A DNA stretch of 32,000 nt from Microcystis aeruginosa NIES-843. GTDB lineage: Bacteria > Cyanobacteriota > Cyanobacteriia > Cyanobacteriales > Microcystaceae. The translations under genes were made by a program, and so were the position numbers. The DNA lies in assembly GCF_000010625.1 (NCBI RefSeq), contig NC_010296.1, positions 4,290,001 through 4,322,000 on the forward strand, written 5' to 3'. Each line of letters opens with the position of its first letter. The first letter of the stretch is position 1. This document shows, one piece after another, positions 1 to 7,722 of the stretch. The notes below the pieces were generated by a model. That model saw only the letters and a program-made list of their open reading frames with translations, did not search any database and was not told where the DNA came from.

Positions 1-514
1 AAAAGTTACTTGGAGGAGAAATAAAGCGAAAAACTCCTTTTCTCCAACTCCAAAAATCGGGGGACTTTTTGCGTAAATTTACTTCCACTGTGTTTGTTAC
101 CCAAAGAACAATGGAATAGGGAAATTCTCGCAGTCCTTCCCTTGTCCATTGCAGATAACCAAAAAATTTATCTAGTTCCGATTTTTCCCGTTGCCATTCG
201 ATCGAGTGTAATTTTTCCACTCCTGTGGTTGTGATCACGGCGTTTTTGCTTTGTAATAACTCTGGTTTTCTGGAGACTAAACTAGCAATTGCTGCTCTTA
301 AACTCGGTTCTTTTTGATCTAAATCAATCCGATAACAAGGGATTACTGGTTCTAATTCTTTGCTATAGCGATCGATGATTTCTTTTCGCAATTTTTCCTG
401 ATCACACACACAAATCAATATATTTAATCTCTCTTGATTTGCCTCTAGAGACACGATTAAACCTTCGTATTCTCTTTCATTTTGGTCAATAATTGAAGAT
501 GTTTCATTATTCAT
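1..514 (-). CDS. hypothetical protein, N-terminal 171 codons only (ORF runs off the left edge of the window)
   Basis: Manual minus-strand translation from the ATG at 514-512: MNNETSSIIDQNEREYEGLIVSLEANQERLNILICVCDQEKLRKEIIDRYSKELEP...FWSWRKGVFRFISPPSNF. I checked every tta/cta/tca triplet in 1-514 and none is in frame. An upstream in-frame stop lies at 554-556. The ORF is absent from the supplied track because it has no stop inside the window. No P-loop or other named motif was recognised. Confidence 0.6.
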   Translation of the reverse strand, partial: MNNETSSIIDQNEREYEGLIVSLEANQERLNILICVCDQEKLRKEIIDRYSKELEPVIPCYRIDLDQKEPSLRAAIASLVSRKPELLQSKNAVITTTGVEKLHSIEWQREKSELDKFFGYLQWTREGLREFPYSIVLWVTNTVEVNLRKKSPDFWSWRKGVFRFISPPSNF

Positions 515-557
515 AATAAGTGGATAAATGTTAAAAACTGTCAGATACCCCCCTTAG

Positions 558-585
558 GTAGGGTTGATTCATGAATCAACCCTAC
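558..585. repeat. 28-bp perfect palindrome GTAGGGTTGATTCATGAATCAACCCTAC
   Basis: Read directly; the sequence equals its own reverse complement. It lies 44 bp upstream of the minus-strand ATG at 514. Confidence 0.9.
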
Positions 586-603
586 GGATCAAGGAGTGAT
601 CCG

Positions 604-809
604 CACCCCCCTTATCAAGGGGGATCCCCCCGCCTATCGGCACCCCCCTTATCAAGGGGGATCCCCCCGCCTATCGGCACCCCCCTTATCAAGGGGGATC
701 CCCCCGCCTATCGGCACCCCCCTTATCAAGGGGGATCCCCCCGCCTATCGGCACCCCCCTTATCAAGGGGGATCCCCCCGCCTATCGGCACCCCCCTTAT
801 CAAGGGGGG
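604..809. repeat. tandem array of a 37-bp unit CACCCCCCTTATCAAGGGGGATCCCCCCGCCTATCGG, with 5 full copies (604-788) plus a partial sixth
   Basis: Units were indexed by hand at 604, 641, 678, 715 and 752, and all are identical. Each unit contains a CCCCCTT-ATC-AAGGGGG hairpin and the palindrome GGGGGATCCCCC. There are no unique spacers. Confidence 0.95.
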
Positions 810-847
810 CAGGGGGGATCCATCTTCAATTTAATTATAACTACTTA
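752..847. repeat. left arm of the 96-bp inverted repeat bracketing the ATPase gene
   Basis: The reverse complement of 752-847 equals 2231-2273 joined to 3702-3754, with one mismatch (G/A at 3742). The arm consists of one and a half 37-bp units plus the unique sequence GGATCCATCTTCAATTTAATTATAACTACTTA. Confidence 0.9.
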
Positions 848-857
848 TTTATCCCAT

Positions 858-2153
858 TCAAATTGTTCCTCTTTTTTTCATTAACTCAACTACAATCGGA
901 TGCACGTTATACCAGAGATCGCCATTGCGGTATTCCAAAATATATAAACCATGCAACAGATCTAGAAAATTTTGATCCTTGAGATCCTTCGGTTTTGACT
1001 TTTTATAAACAGTTTTAATAATTTCCTCATCTGCTGTACCGATACTTTCAGCAAAATCGAGACTAAGTTCTGTGATTGATTGTTCTAAAACAGCTTGATT
1101 AATTTTTAGGGTATTATCATCAGGATAACGACGAACCGATCGCAAACAAACCCGACAGCAATCATTAGTAATGCGAATTAATTCTCGTAACACTCCCCCA
1201 CTGTAAAGACAAATTTTTTCGAGGGTGTCAGGATCGATTAAAGCGGGATCGATGCGCTTAGTGATAATCTCGGTTAAAGTAGCAATAATTTGCGGATCGG
1301 GTATAGCATTAGGTGAATTAATGTCTCCCTGTTTAAAGAGTTTATATACAGGCATTTGTACGATCTGATCGTTGGTTTCTGTTTGGAGAGTTGCCTTTAA
1401 AGCTACTTCTCTTAAAGCGGCGATCGGAATAGTCATAATAATCCGAAAACTGGGCAACATAATCGCTTTAATATGGGATTGAAAAATATCCCTTACCTGT
1501 GCCAAGTCAATTTTATCAATGTCATCAACAATTACTAAGATTTTTTTCTGACTTTGGGACTCGATCGCACTAGCTATAATGTTAATTTGGGCAACTAAAT
1601 CGTTAATTCTCCGCTCATACTTTTGTTTGATTTCCTCCCGAATAGTCGAATTAATCTTGAGAATTCCTTTAATGTGAGCTAGTAAAGAAGAAAAGTTAAA
1701 ACCCGTTTCGACAGTGGCATCTGCTTGATTGGTTTCGGTGCGAATTTGTTCAGCAAACCATTGATAAAAGCTTTTTTTAATAGAATCTTTAATAGTTAAA
1801 TTTTGGGCTTCCGCTTCTGACATCATCTGAACGGCGATCGAGAATAAAATATTAACATGATTTACGTCTGACATTTCGATCGTGTCTGAGATCGAGAAGA
1901 AAACAACAAAATAGCGATCATCTAACTTTCTTTTAAATTCGTAGAGTAGGGTTGACTTACCACAACCCCGATGTCCTGCTAGAATAATTTTTCCGTCTTC
2001 CGAAGGACTATCTTCGACCAATTGTTCTAATTCTTCGATAATTTCTGTGCCGTATTTGACAGCAAAACGCTGTAATTCTTTATCCGATCGCAGGGGTAAA
2101 AGTTCCAAATTGCGATAGGCTTCTCGAAAGGGTTCCAGTAAAGGACTAACCAT
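858..2153 (-). CDS. stand-alone P-loop NTPase (AAA/STAND-like ATPase), 431 aa
   Basis: ORF track. Walker A GHRGCGKST at aa 60-68. Walker B-like ILVIVDDIDK. Helical C-terminal tail, possibly a winged helix. The layout resembles Arch_ATPase/AAA_16-type NTPases. No effector domain was recognised. Confidence 0.75.
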   Translation of the reverse strand: MVSPLLEPFREAYRNLELLPLRSDKELQRFAVKYGTEIIEELEQLVEDSPSEDGKIILAGHRGCGKSTLLYEFKRKLDDRYFVVFFSISDTIEMSDVNHVNILFSIAVQMMSEAEAQNLTIKDSIKKSFYQWFAEQIRTETNQADATVETGFNFSSLLAHIKGILKINSTIREEIKQKYERRINDLVAQINIIASAIESQSQKKILVIVDDIDKIDLAQVRDIFQSHIKAIMLPSFRIIMTIPIAALREVALKATLQTETNDQIVQMPVYKLFKQGDINSPNAIPDPQIIATLTEIITKRIDPALIDPDTLEKICLYSGGVLRELIRITNDCCRVCLRSVRRYPDDNTLKINQAVLEQSITELSLDFAESIGTADEEIIKTVYKKSKPKDLKDQNFLDLLHGLYILEYRNGDLWYNVHPIVVELMKKRGTI

Positions 2154-2230
2154 GAGTAATTAAATTAGACTGTGTGTTGTGAAGATAATTAGCCACAAAG
2201 AAAACCAGAAAAAAATTAACTGATAACTGA

Positions 2231-2273
2231 TAAGTAGTTATAATTAAATTGAAGATGGATCCCCCCTGCCCCC
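2231..2273. repeat. right arm of the inverted repeat, proximal 43 bp
   Basis: TAAGTAGTTATAATTAAATTGAAGATGGATCCCCCCTGCCCCC is the exact reverse complement of 805-847. Confidence 0.9.
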
Positions 2274-3691
2274 TAGGGCTGTTTCATTCTCCCATCAGAA
2301 TATCAAAAGTAAAAGCGATCACTATCAGGTAAAATGAGGAGTGACCGCCAACCTTTAAAATATATGTTGAGCTTAATAGAAAAACTGAAACAAGTCAAGG
2401 ACTTTAGGAAAGATAAAGGAAAAAGACACCCTTTATGGATAGTATTAGTAGTAATAATACTGGGAACAATGCTAGGATACTCAGGTTATAGAGAACTAGG
2501 AGAGTTTGCTAAAAATAATCGGCACAGGCTCAGTAAAGAATTTAACATAATTCCAGAAAGAGTCCCATCCTATTCAACAATTAGAAGGGTAATGATGGGA
2601 GTTGACTGGCAGAGTTTGTTAAAAATGTTTAATGAATGGGCATTAGAAGAATATGGACAAAGAGATGATATAAATTGGCTAGGTATGGATGGAAAAAGTC
2701 TCAAAAACACCCTAAAGAATCCTAATAATGAACAACAAAATTTTATCATGTTTGTCTCATTGTTTAGTCAAGAAAGTGGATTAGTATTACACTTAAAAAG
2801 AATCGAAAACAAAAAAGGGTCTGAAATCGACGAAGGGCAAGCTATAATTGAGGATTGCTCTCTCCAAAATAAAGTTTTTACTGGCGATGCTTTACACTGT
2901 CAGAAAAAAACAATCAGCTTAATAGCCAAGACTAAAAATGATTATGTTATCACCGTTAAAGGAAATCAGAAAAATCTTTATAAGCGAATACAAGACCTGA
3001 GTAATTCCTCAAAGCCAGAAAGTTGCTTTCTTGAACAAGATAATAGTCATGGACGAAAAATATCAAGAAAAATAGAAGTTTTTAAAGTGAGAAAAAATGA
3101 AAGACAAGGGTTTGAAAATCTGCGAAGAGTTATTAAAGTAGAAAGAAAGGGTAGTCGCGGGGATAAAACCTATGAAGAAACAGCTTACTATATCAGTAGC
3201 CTAACCGAATCCGCTCAAGTATTTGCTAAAATTATTCGAGGACATTGGAAAATAGAAAATCAGTTACATTGGGTAAAAGATGTAATTTTTGAGGAAGATA
3301 AAAGCGAGATAAGTGATTTTCAAGCGGCCAGCAATTGGTCAATTCTCACAACTATAGGATTGAATCTTTTCAGAGGTTTGGGTTTTCTCTCAATAACAGA
3401 GGGACAGAGGTGGTTAGCTGAACGTTGGGAAAAATTGATAGTTTTATCGACGTAAGAAGCAGAAAAATTAGCTAAATTAACAGGATGTACTCTCAGACAA
3501 TTTCAAGAGAGATAGGCTTTTAGTGGCTTGGGAACAGGCTTTATCAATTTATTCATAATAAATATTGGCAGAAGATTAAAGATTAGTTATTGTGACTAAC
3601 TCTTTTGATTAGAAAAAGATAAACTTGAGAATCTTCGGTCAAATTTATTGACTCAAAATCAGCTGTAATTAATTTAAATGAAACAGCCCTA
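2274..3691 (+). mobile_element. ISAs1-family insertion sequence, 1418 bp
   Basis: 15-bp terminal inverted repeats: TAGGGCTGTTTCATT at 2274-2288 and AATGAAACAGCCCTA at 3677-3691. Perfect 10-bp direct repeat CCCTGCCCCC at 2264-2273 and 3692-3701. The element contains a single transposase ORF. Confidence 0.9.
2334..3455 (+). CDS. ISAs1-family (H-repeat-associated) DDE transposase
   Basis: The N-terminal segment KDFRKDKGKRHPLWIVLVVIILGTMLGYSGYRELGEFA and the C-terminal GHWKIENQLHWVKDVIFEEDKS are hallmarks of ISAs1 transposases. The true start may be the internal Met in MLSLIEKL. Confidence 0.85.
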   Translation: MRSDRQPLKYMLSLIEKLKQVKDFRKDKGKRHPLWIVLVVIILGTMLGYSGYRELGEFAKNNRHRLSKEFNIIPERVPSYSTIRRVMMGVDWQSLLKMFNEWALEEYGQRDDINWLGMDGKSLKNTLKNPNNEQQNFIMFVSLFSQESGLVLHLKRIENKKGSEIDEGQAIIEDCSLQNKVFTGDALHCQKKTISLIAKTKNDYVITVKGNQKNLYKRIQDLSNSSKPESCFLEQDNSHGRKISRKIEVFKVRKNERQGFENLRRVIKVERKGSRGDKTYEETAYYISSLTESAQVFAKIIRGHWKIENQLHWVKDVIFEEDKSEISDFQAASNWSILTTIGLNLFRGLGFLSITEGQRWLAERWEKLIVLST

Positions 3692-3701
3692 CCCTGCCCC
3701 C

Positions 3702-3754
3702 CTTGATAAGGGGGGTGCCGATAGGCGGGGGGATCCCCCTTAATAAGGGGGGTG
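3702..3754. repeat. right arm of the inverted repeat, distal 53 bp (separated from the proximal part by the IS)
   Basis: CTTGATAAGGGGGGTGCCGATAGGCGGGGGGATCCCCCTTAATAAGGGGGGTG matches the reverse complement of 752-804 with one mismatch. Confidence 0.85.
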
Positions 3755-3794
3755 TCTGACAACTTGTAACACCTACCTACTTAACTGATAACTG

Positions 3795-4046
3795 TTATTT
3801 TTCTGCTGCCCAACCGTCGGGAGTGTAGGTTTTTAATGCCAAAGCATGGATGGCTTCGGTAGCCAGTGCCGATTGTAAAGCGCCATAAACCATTTGATGC
3901 TGTTTAACGCGGGTTTTGCCGGCAAATTCGCCAGAAATAACCACCGCTTCCAAATGATCGCCACCTCCCGTTAAATCCCGAATCATCACCTGTGCATCGG
4001 GGATTTGTTCTTGAATCATCGCTTCTACTTGGCGAAAGTCAACCAT
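3795..4046 (-). CDS. bolA: BolA-family protein
   Basis: 83 aa with [31 protein letters not shown]...IHALALKT, the typical BolA signature. A GAGGAG Shine-Dalgarno sequence lies just upstream of the ATG. Confidence 0.85.
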   Translation of the reverse strand: MVDFRQVEAMIQEQIPDAQVMIRDLTGGGDHLEAVVISGEFAGKTRVKQHQMVYGALQSALATEAIHALALKTYTPDGWAAEK

Positions 4047-4117
4047 CGTAACTCCTCAAAAGAATTAAAGATACTCTGATCCCATTGTTACCGAAAGCTC
4101 GTCAATGGGGACAAAAT

Positions 4118-4852
4118 TTACTGCTGTGGGGGGGAGTTGTTAGGAGTTGCGGAGGTGGGAGTCGGTGCGGAGATGGGTGTACTGACAAATCCCATCTCGT
4201 AGAGTTGTTGATAGCTTTTTTGTCCTAATTCACTGGTGGGGTTTTGGGATTGAATCACCTGAATTAACAAAGGAACCGCCAATTCTGGCTGATTTTGCGC
4301 CCTATGAACTAAAGCAAGCTGATAGGTGGCTTCATCCCGCAGTTGTCCGGTGTTTAAAGCACTTTGACGCTGAGAATCGAATACTTTCGGGTCAATTCCT
4401 GAGAAACTATTAGCTAATTGCAGATGATAGTTAGATAGTTGGTTAAAAATCCGGCGCGCTTGATTGAGTTTGTCCACAGCGACATCGTATTTAGCGGCAT
4501 TAATAGCGGCGTTCGCTTCTTCCACTAAACGTTGTCCCCCCTGAAGACTCAGGACACTATCGGCTTGATTTAAGGGTTTTAATTCGTTAGGATCGCTGGT
4601 GGGATTGTTAGAGTCGGGGGTTTGTGCTTGTCCGTCAGGTGCGATCGCTATGACTAAACCGATCACCAGAGTGAGCAGATAAATTAAACTATAAGGCTGT
4701 TTTCGCTTAACCATAAAATTTCTCGACTTAATGTTCCTGATGGGAACGGCTATTTTTTCTAACATCGACAACTGACCTATAGTAGCTTTTTTGGGGCAGT
4801 TTCGATCCGACCCCAGCTTTCTAGACGTTAGATTTAGCGGTTTTGTCGCCAT
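4118..4852 (-). CDS. hypothetical membrane-anchored or secreted protein with a helical repeat-like region
   Basis: ORF track, 244 aa. It has a hydrophobic segment YSLIYLLTLVIGLVIAIAP and a Pro/Ser/Thr-rich C-terminus. The internal ATG at 4714 (MVKRKQPYSL...) would place the anchor at the N-terminus and may be the real start. Confidence 0.55.
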   Translation of the reverse strand: MATKPLNLTSRKLGSDRNCPKKATIGQLSMLEKIAVPIRNIKSRNFMVKRKQPYSLIYLLTLVIGLVIAIAPDGQAQTPDSNNPTSDPNELKPLNQADSVLSLQGGQRLVEEANAAINAAKYDVAVDKLNQARRIFNQLSNYHLQLANSFSGIDPKVFDSQRQSALNTGQLRDEATYQLALVHRAQNQPELAVPLLIQVIQSQNPTSELGQKSYQQLYEMGFVSTPISAPTPTSATPNNSPPQQ

Positions 4853-4995
4853 GGCAAGCGCTGATTTTTCCCGAAGAATCAGTACAAGTCCCCAAAAAGT
4901 TAGTTTATCCCCCCGATTAATGGTTTAAATACCGATAATTCCCCCCTTGCAAGGCTGTCCAGATAGAATAAAGAGAAAGTAGGAGTTTAGTTAAA

Positions 4996-5559
4996 ATGTC
5001 TTTATCGCTGATTACCCGTAAGTTTACGGTGGAAGAATACGAAAAAATGGCAACCCAGGGAATAATCAAACCCGATGAAAAAGTGGAATTAATTCGAGGA
5101 GAAATTATCAAAATGTCACCGATGGGAACCCGTCATGCTGCTGGTATAGATCGATTAATACAATTACTTTATCAAAAATTAGGACAGAAAATTATTCTCA
5201 GAGTTCAAAATCCGATTAGATTAAATAATAATTCTCAACCAGAACCAGATTTAAGTTTACTAATACCTCGATCGGATTTTTATGTTGCTGCCCATCCTTG
5301 TCCTCAAGATATCTATTTAGTTATTGAAGTTTCCGATTCTACCCTCGATTATGATCGCTATACTAAAATTCCTCTTTATGCGGAGGCAAATATTCAAGAA
5401 GTTTGGATCGTCAATCTCAAGGAAAAATGTTTAGAAGTTTATCGCCATCCTCTGCATGGTAGTTATCAAGCTATTCAGAAATACTCTATAAATGAGAGGG
5501 TTTTTATGACATCTTTTCCCGATATAGAATTCACTATTGCAGAAATATTAGGAGTGTAG
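4996..5559 (+). CDS. Uma2-family (DUF820) putative endonuclease, copy 1
   Basis: 187 aa. The pattern FTVEEYEKM...ELIRGEIIKMSPMGTRHA...PEPDLSLL...IEVSDSTLDYDRYTKIPLYAEANIQEVWIVNL matches the restriction-endonuclease-like Uma2 family that is abundant in cyanobacteria. Confidence 0.8.
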   Translation: MSLSLITRKFTVEEYEKMATQGIIKPDEKVELIRGEIIKMSPMGTRHAAGIDRLIQLLYQKLGQKIILRVQNPIRLNNNSQPEPDLSLLIPRSDFYVAAHPCPQDIYLVIEVSDSTLDYDRYTKIPLYAEANIQEVWIVNLKEKCLEVYRHPLHGSYQAIQKYSINERVFMTSFPDIEFTIAEILGV

Positions 5560-5564
5560 TTAAA

Positions 5565-6134
5565 ATGTCTTTATCACTGATTACCCGTAAGTTTACGGTG
5601 GAAGAATACGAAAAAATGACAACCGAGGGAATAATCAAACCCGATGAAAAAGTGGAATTAATTCGAGGAGAAATTATCAAAATGTCACCGATGGGAACCC
5701 GTCATGCTGCCTGTATAGCTAGATTAACACAGTTATTTTATCGAAAATTTGGCGATCTTATTCTCTTAGGAGTGCAAAATCCGATTAGATTAAATAATAA
5801 TTCTCAACCAGAACCAGATTTAAGTTTACTAATACCTCGATCGGATTTTTATGTTGCTGCCTATCCTTGTCCTCAAGATATTTATTTAATTATTGAAGTT
5901 TCTGATTCTACCCTCGATTATGATCGCTATACTAAAATTCCTCTTTATGCAGAAGCAAATATTAAAGAGGTTTGGATTATCAATCTCAAGGAGGAATGTT
6001 TAGAAGTTTATCGTCATCCGCTGCATGGTAGTTATCAAGCTATTCAGAAATATTATCGAGGTGAAAGTATTTTTATTGAATCCTTTCCAGAAATAGAGTT
6101 AACTTTAATTGAAATACTCGGTAATATTTATTAA
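5565..6134 (+). CDS. Uma2-family (DUF820) putative endonuclease, copy 2 (tandem paralog)
   Basis: 189 aa, collinear with copy 1. The duplication period is 569 bp and includes the ribosome-binding region TAGGAGT(T/G)TAGTTAAAATG. Confidence 0.8.
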   Translation: MSLSLITRKFTVEEYEKMTTEGIIKPDEKVELIRGEIIKMSPMGTRHAACIARLTQLFYRKFGDLILLGVQNPIRLNNNSQPEPDLSLLIPRSDFYVAAYPCPQDIYLIIEVSDSTLDYDRYTKIPLYAEANIKEVWIINLKEECLEVYRHPLHGSYQAIQKYYRGESIFIESFPEIELTLIEILGNIY

Positions 6135-6192
6135 ATTAAATTCTAGAGCGTTTATGATACCATTTTCTTTATTTCTGGCAGGCATCCTACTA

Positions 6193-7203
6193 TTATTTTT
6201 CTAAGAGATGGCGGTACTTTTCTCCGAGATTTTCCGTTGCTTTGGTTAATTTCCCCTTTTCGTCTAGGATAGGCAGTTTCATGATTTCCGATGAAGCTTT
6301 AATTAAAAGTAGTACCTCCCGAAACTTGGCCACGTCTTCCTCTAGATGAGGATTAAAATTAGCTCGTGACTCCAGTTCGGTTAAACTCTGAATAGCTCTA
6401 CTATTCAGACTATTAACGAGGTATTGTAACTCCTTAATTCTGCGCTGAACTTGTCCTAAAAAACTCTTACTTTTATCTAACTGAGCTATTTTATTATTCA
6501 CTTCCTTGGCGTATTCGATAGCTTTACTTAGGGCTTTTTTGCCTTCTCCTCCTAAGACAAAACCACCAATCATTAAAGCAGGTCCGACGGTAATACCTCC
6601 TAAAACCACTGTTCCCAAAGCCATGCCACCACCACCGGCAGCTAAAGAACCACCTCCTAACCATGCTAAGGTAGCATTCCAAGCAGCTGCCCCACTAAGT
6701 CCACTAATTGCTGTTCCTGTACTAGCAGTACCGAAAAGACCAATTAATCCTAGGGTTCCCTGACTGGCTGCCGAAGCGACTCCCACTACTTTTAAACTCC
6801 CCACAGCCAAACTTTGTGCGTCTAACACTTCTGCTTTAAATTCCTTGAATTGTTGGGCAGAAAATCCCTCAAACCCTTCTAAGAAGCGTTGATGGGATGG
6901 GGAGTAATTTTGACCAATTCTTTGACTATTTCTTTGATCAATTCGTCGAACAAACTTAACAAATCTGCCGATAGTGTTGATTTTGACATTAATTTGCAGT
7001 TGACCGTATTCTTCCGCAAATTTTTGGGTAGCTTGAAACTTTTTTTCTAGAGATTTATTGGCTTTTTTATATCTTTGTTCGGCACTTTTGCCAATTTTTT
7101 CCGCCTTTTGTAGCTTGGAGACACCATTAGCACCCGCACTAACTCCCACACCAGCAGTAACTAAGGCAGCCGCACCAAGAATAATCGGGATAATAAAGAT
7201 CAT
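6193..7203 (-). CDS. hypothetical membrane protein: N-terminal TM helix, coiled coil, central Gly/Ala-rich glycine-zipper segment, C-terminal coiled coil
   Basis: 336 aa. N-terminus MIFIIPIILGAAALVTAGVGV. Central region GTASTGTAISGLSGAAAWNATLAWLGGGSLAAGGGGMALGTVVLGGITVGPALMIGGFVLGG. The flanks are Lys/Glu/Gln-rich heptad-like helices. No named family was recognised. Confidence 0.7.
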   Translation of the reverse strand: MIFIIPIILGAAALVTAGVGVSAGANGVSKLQKAEKIGKSAEQRYKKANKSLEKKFQATQKFAEEYGQLQINVKINTIGRFVKFVRRIDQRNSQRIGQNYSPSHQRFLEGFEGFSAQQFKEFKAEVLDAQSLAVGSLKVVGVASAASQGTLGLIGLFGTASTGTAISGLSGAAAWNATLAWLGGGSLAAGGGGMALGTVVLGGITVGPALMIGGFVLGGEGKKALSKAIEYAKEVNNKIAQLDKSKSFLGQVQRRIKELQYLVNSLNSRAIQSLTELESRANFNPHLEEDVAKFREVLLLIKASSEIMKLPILDEKGKLTKATENLGEKYRHLLEK

Positions 7204-7530
7204 GACCGAAAAGCTCCTAGTCTATTCAGTTTTCTCAAATTCTACCAAGATAGTTAAAAAAAAATCAAGGAGGTGCATCTCACACTTGCAGAAATACCGA
7301 CAATCAGCAATTATCAGTGACTCTTAAATTATGGCTCTTCTCGACTTTGTGTGATAATTTTTGCTTATGAAATCGTGAAATGTTTACTGGGAAAGACTTT
7401 TAGGACTATTTTGTTAAACAAACTATCAGTATAGACCTCATTTCCACACAGAAACCAGCAAACCCTAAATTATTACAGATGCGTCAGCGGCTGCCTGTAA
7501 GCATCCCACCGAAAAACTAATGCGCGGGGG

Positions 7531-7587
7531 GTTTGGGGGCGGCGCCACGCCCCCAACGGGGGGTTTGGGGGGTAGAACCCCCCAAAA
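7531..7587. repeat. two adjacent GC-rich hairpins (GTTTGGGGGCG..CGCCCCCAAC and TTTGGGGGG-TAGAA-CCCCCCAAA)
   Basis: Read directly. They lie about 140-190 bp downstream of the folD stop on the minus strand. They could be a terminator or a small dispersed repeat. Confidence 0.6.
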
Positions 7588-7722
7588 GCTTGGATTGAGT
7601 AATAAAATCAAAAGTAAAGCCCAATTTTAAAAGAGAGTTTCCCCGTAAAAATCCCAACTTGCTAGATTGACAAAATTGTATCGGTAGAATTACTGAATAG
7701 CTGATAGCTGGTAGCTGCGGAT

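Noticed and set aside
604-809. Possible CRISPR array, suggested by the 37-bp direct repeats
   Set aside because: The units are contiguous with no unique spacers, and no cas genes are present. This is a simple tandem repeat.
571-982. Track ORFs 571-834 and 596-982 encoding Pro/Gly-rich periodic peptides
   Set aside because: They are translations of the 37-bp tandem repeat, with a 111-bp periodicity. They have no start context and overlap the inverted-repeat arm.
4917-5111. 64-aa minus-strand ORF overlapping the start of Uma2 copy 1
   Set aside because: It is antisense to a well-supported gene and has a low-complexity sequence with no motif.
6506-7327. Plus-strand ORFs 6506-6763 and 7058-7327
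   Set aside because: They are antisense shadows of the Gly/Ala-rich gene. GC-rich Gly/Ala codons give open Pro/Ala-rich reverse frames.
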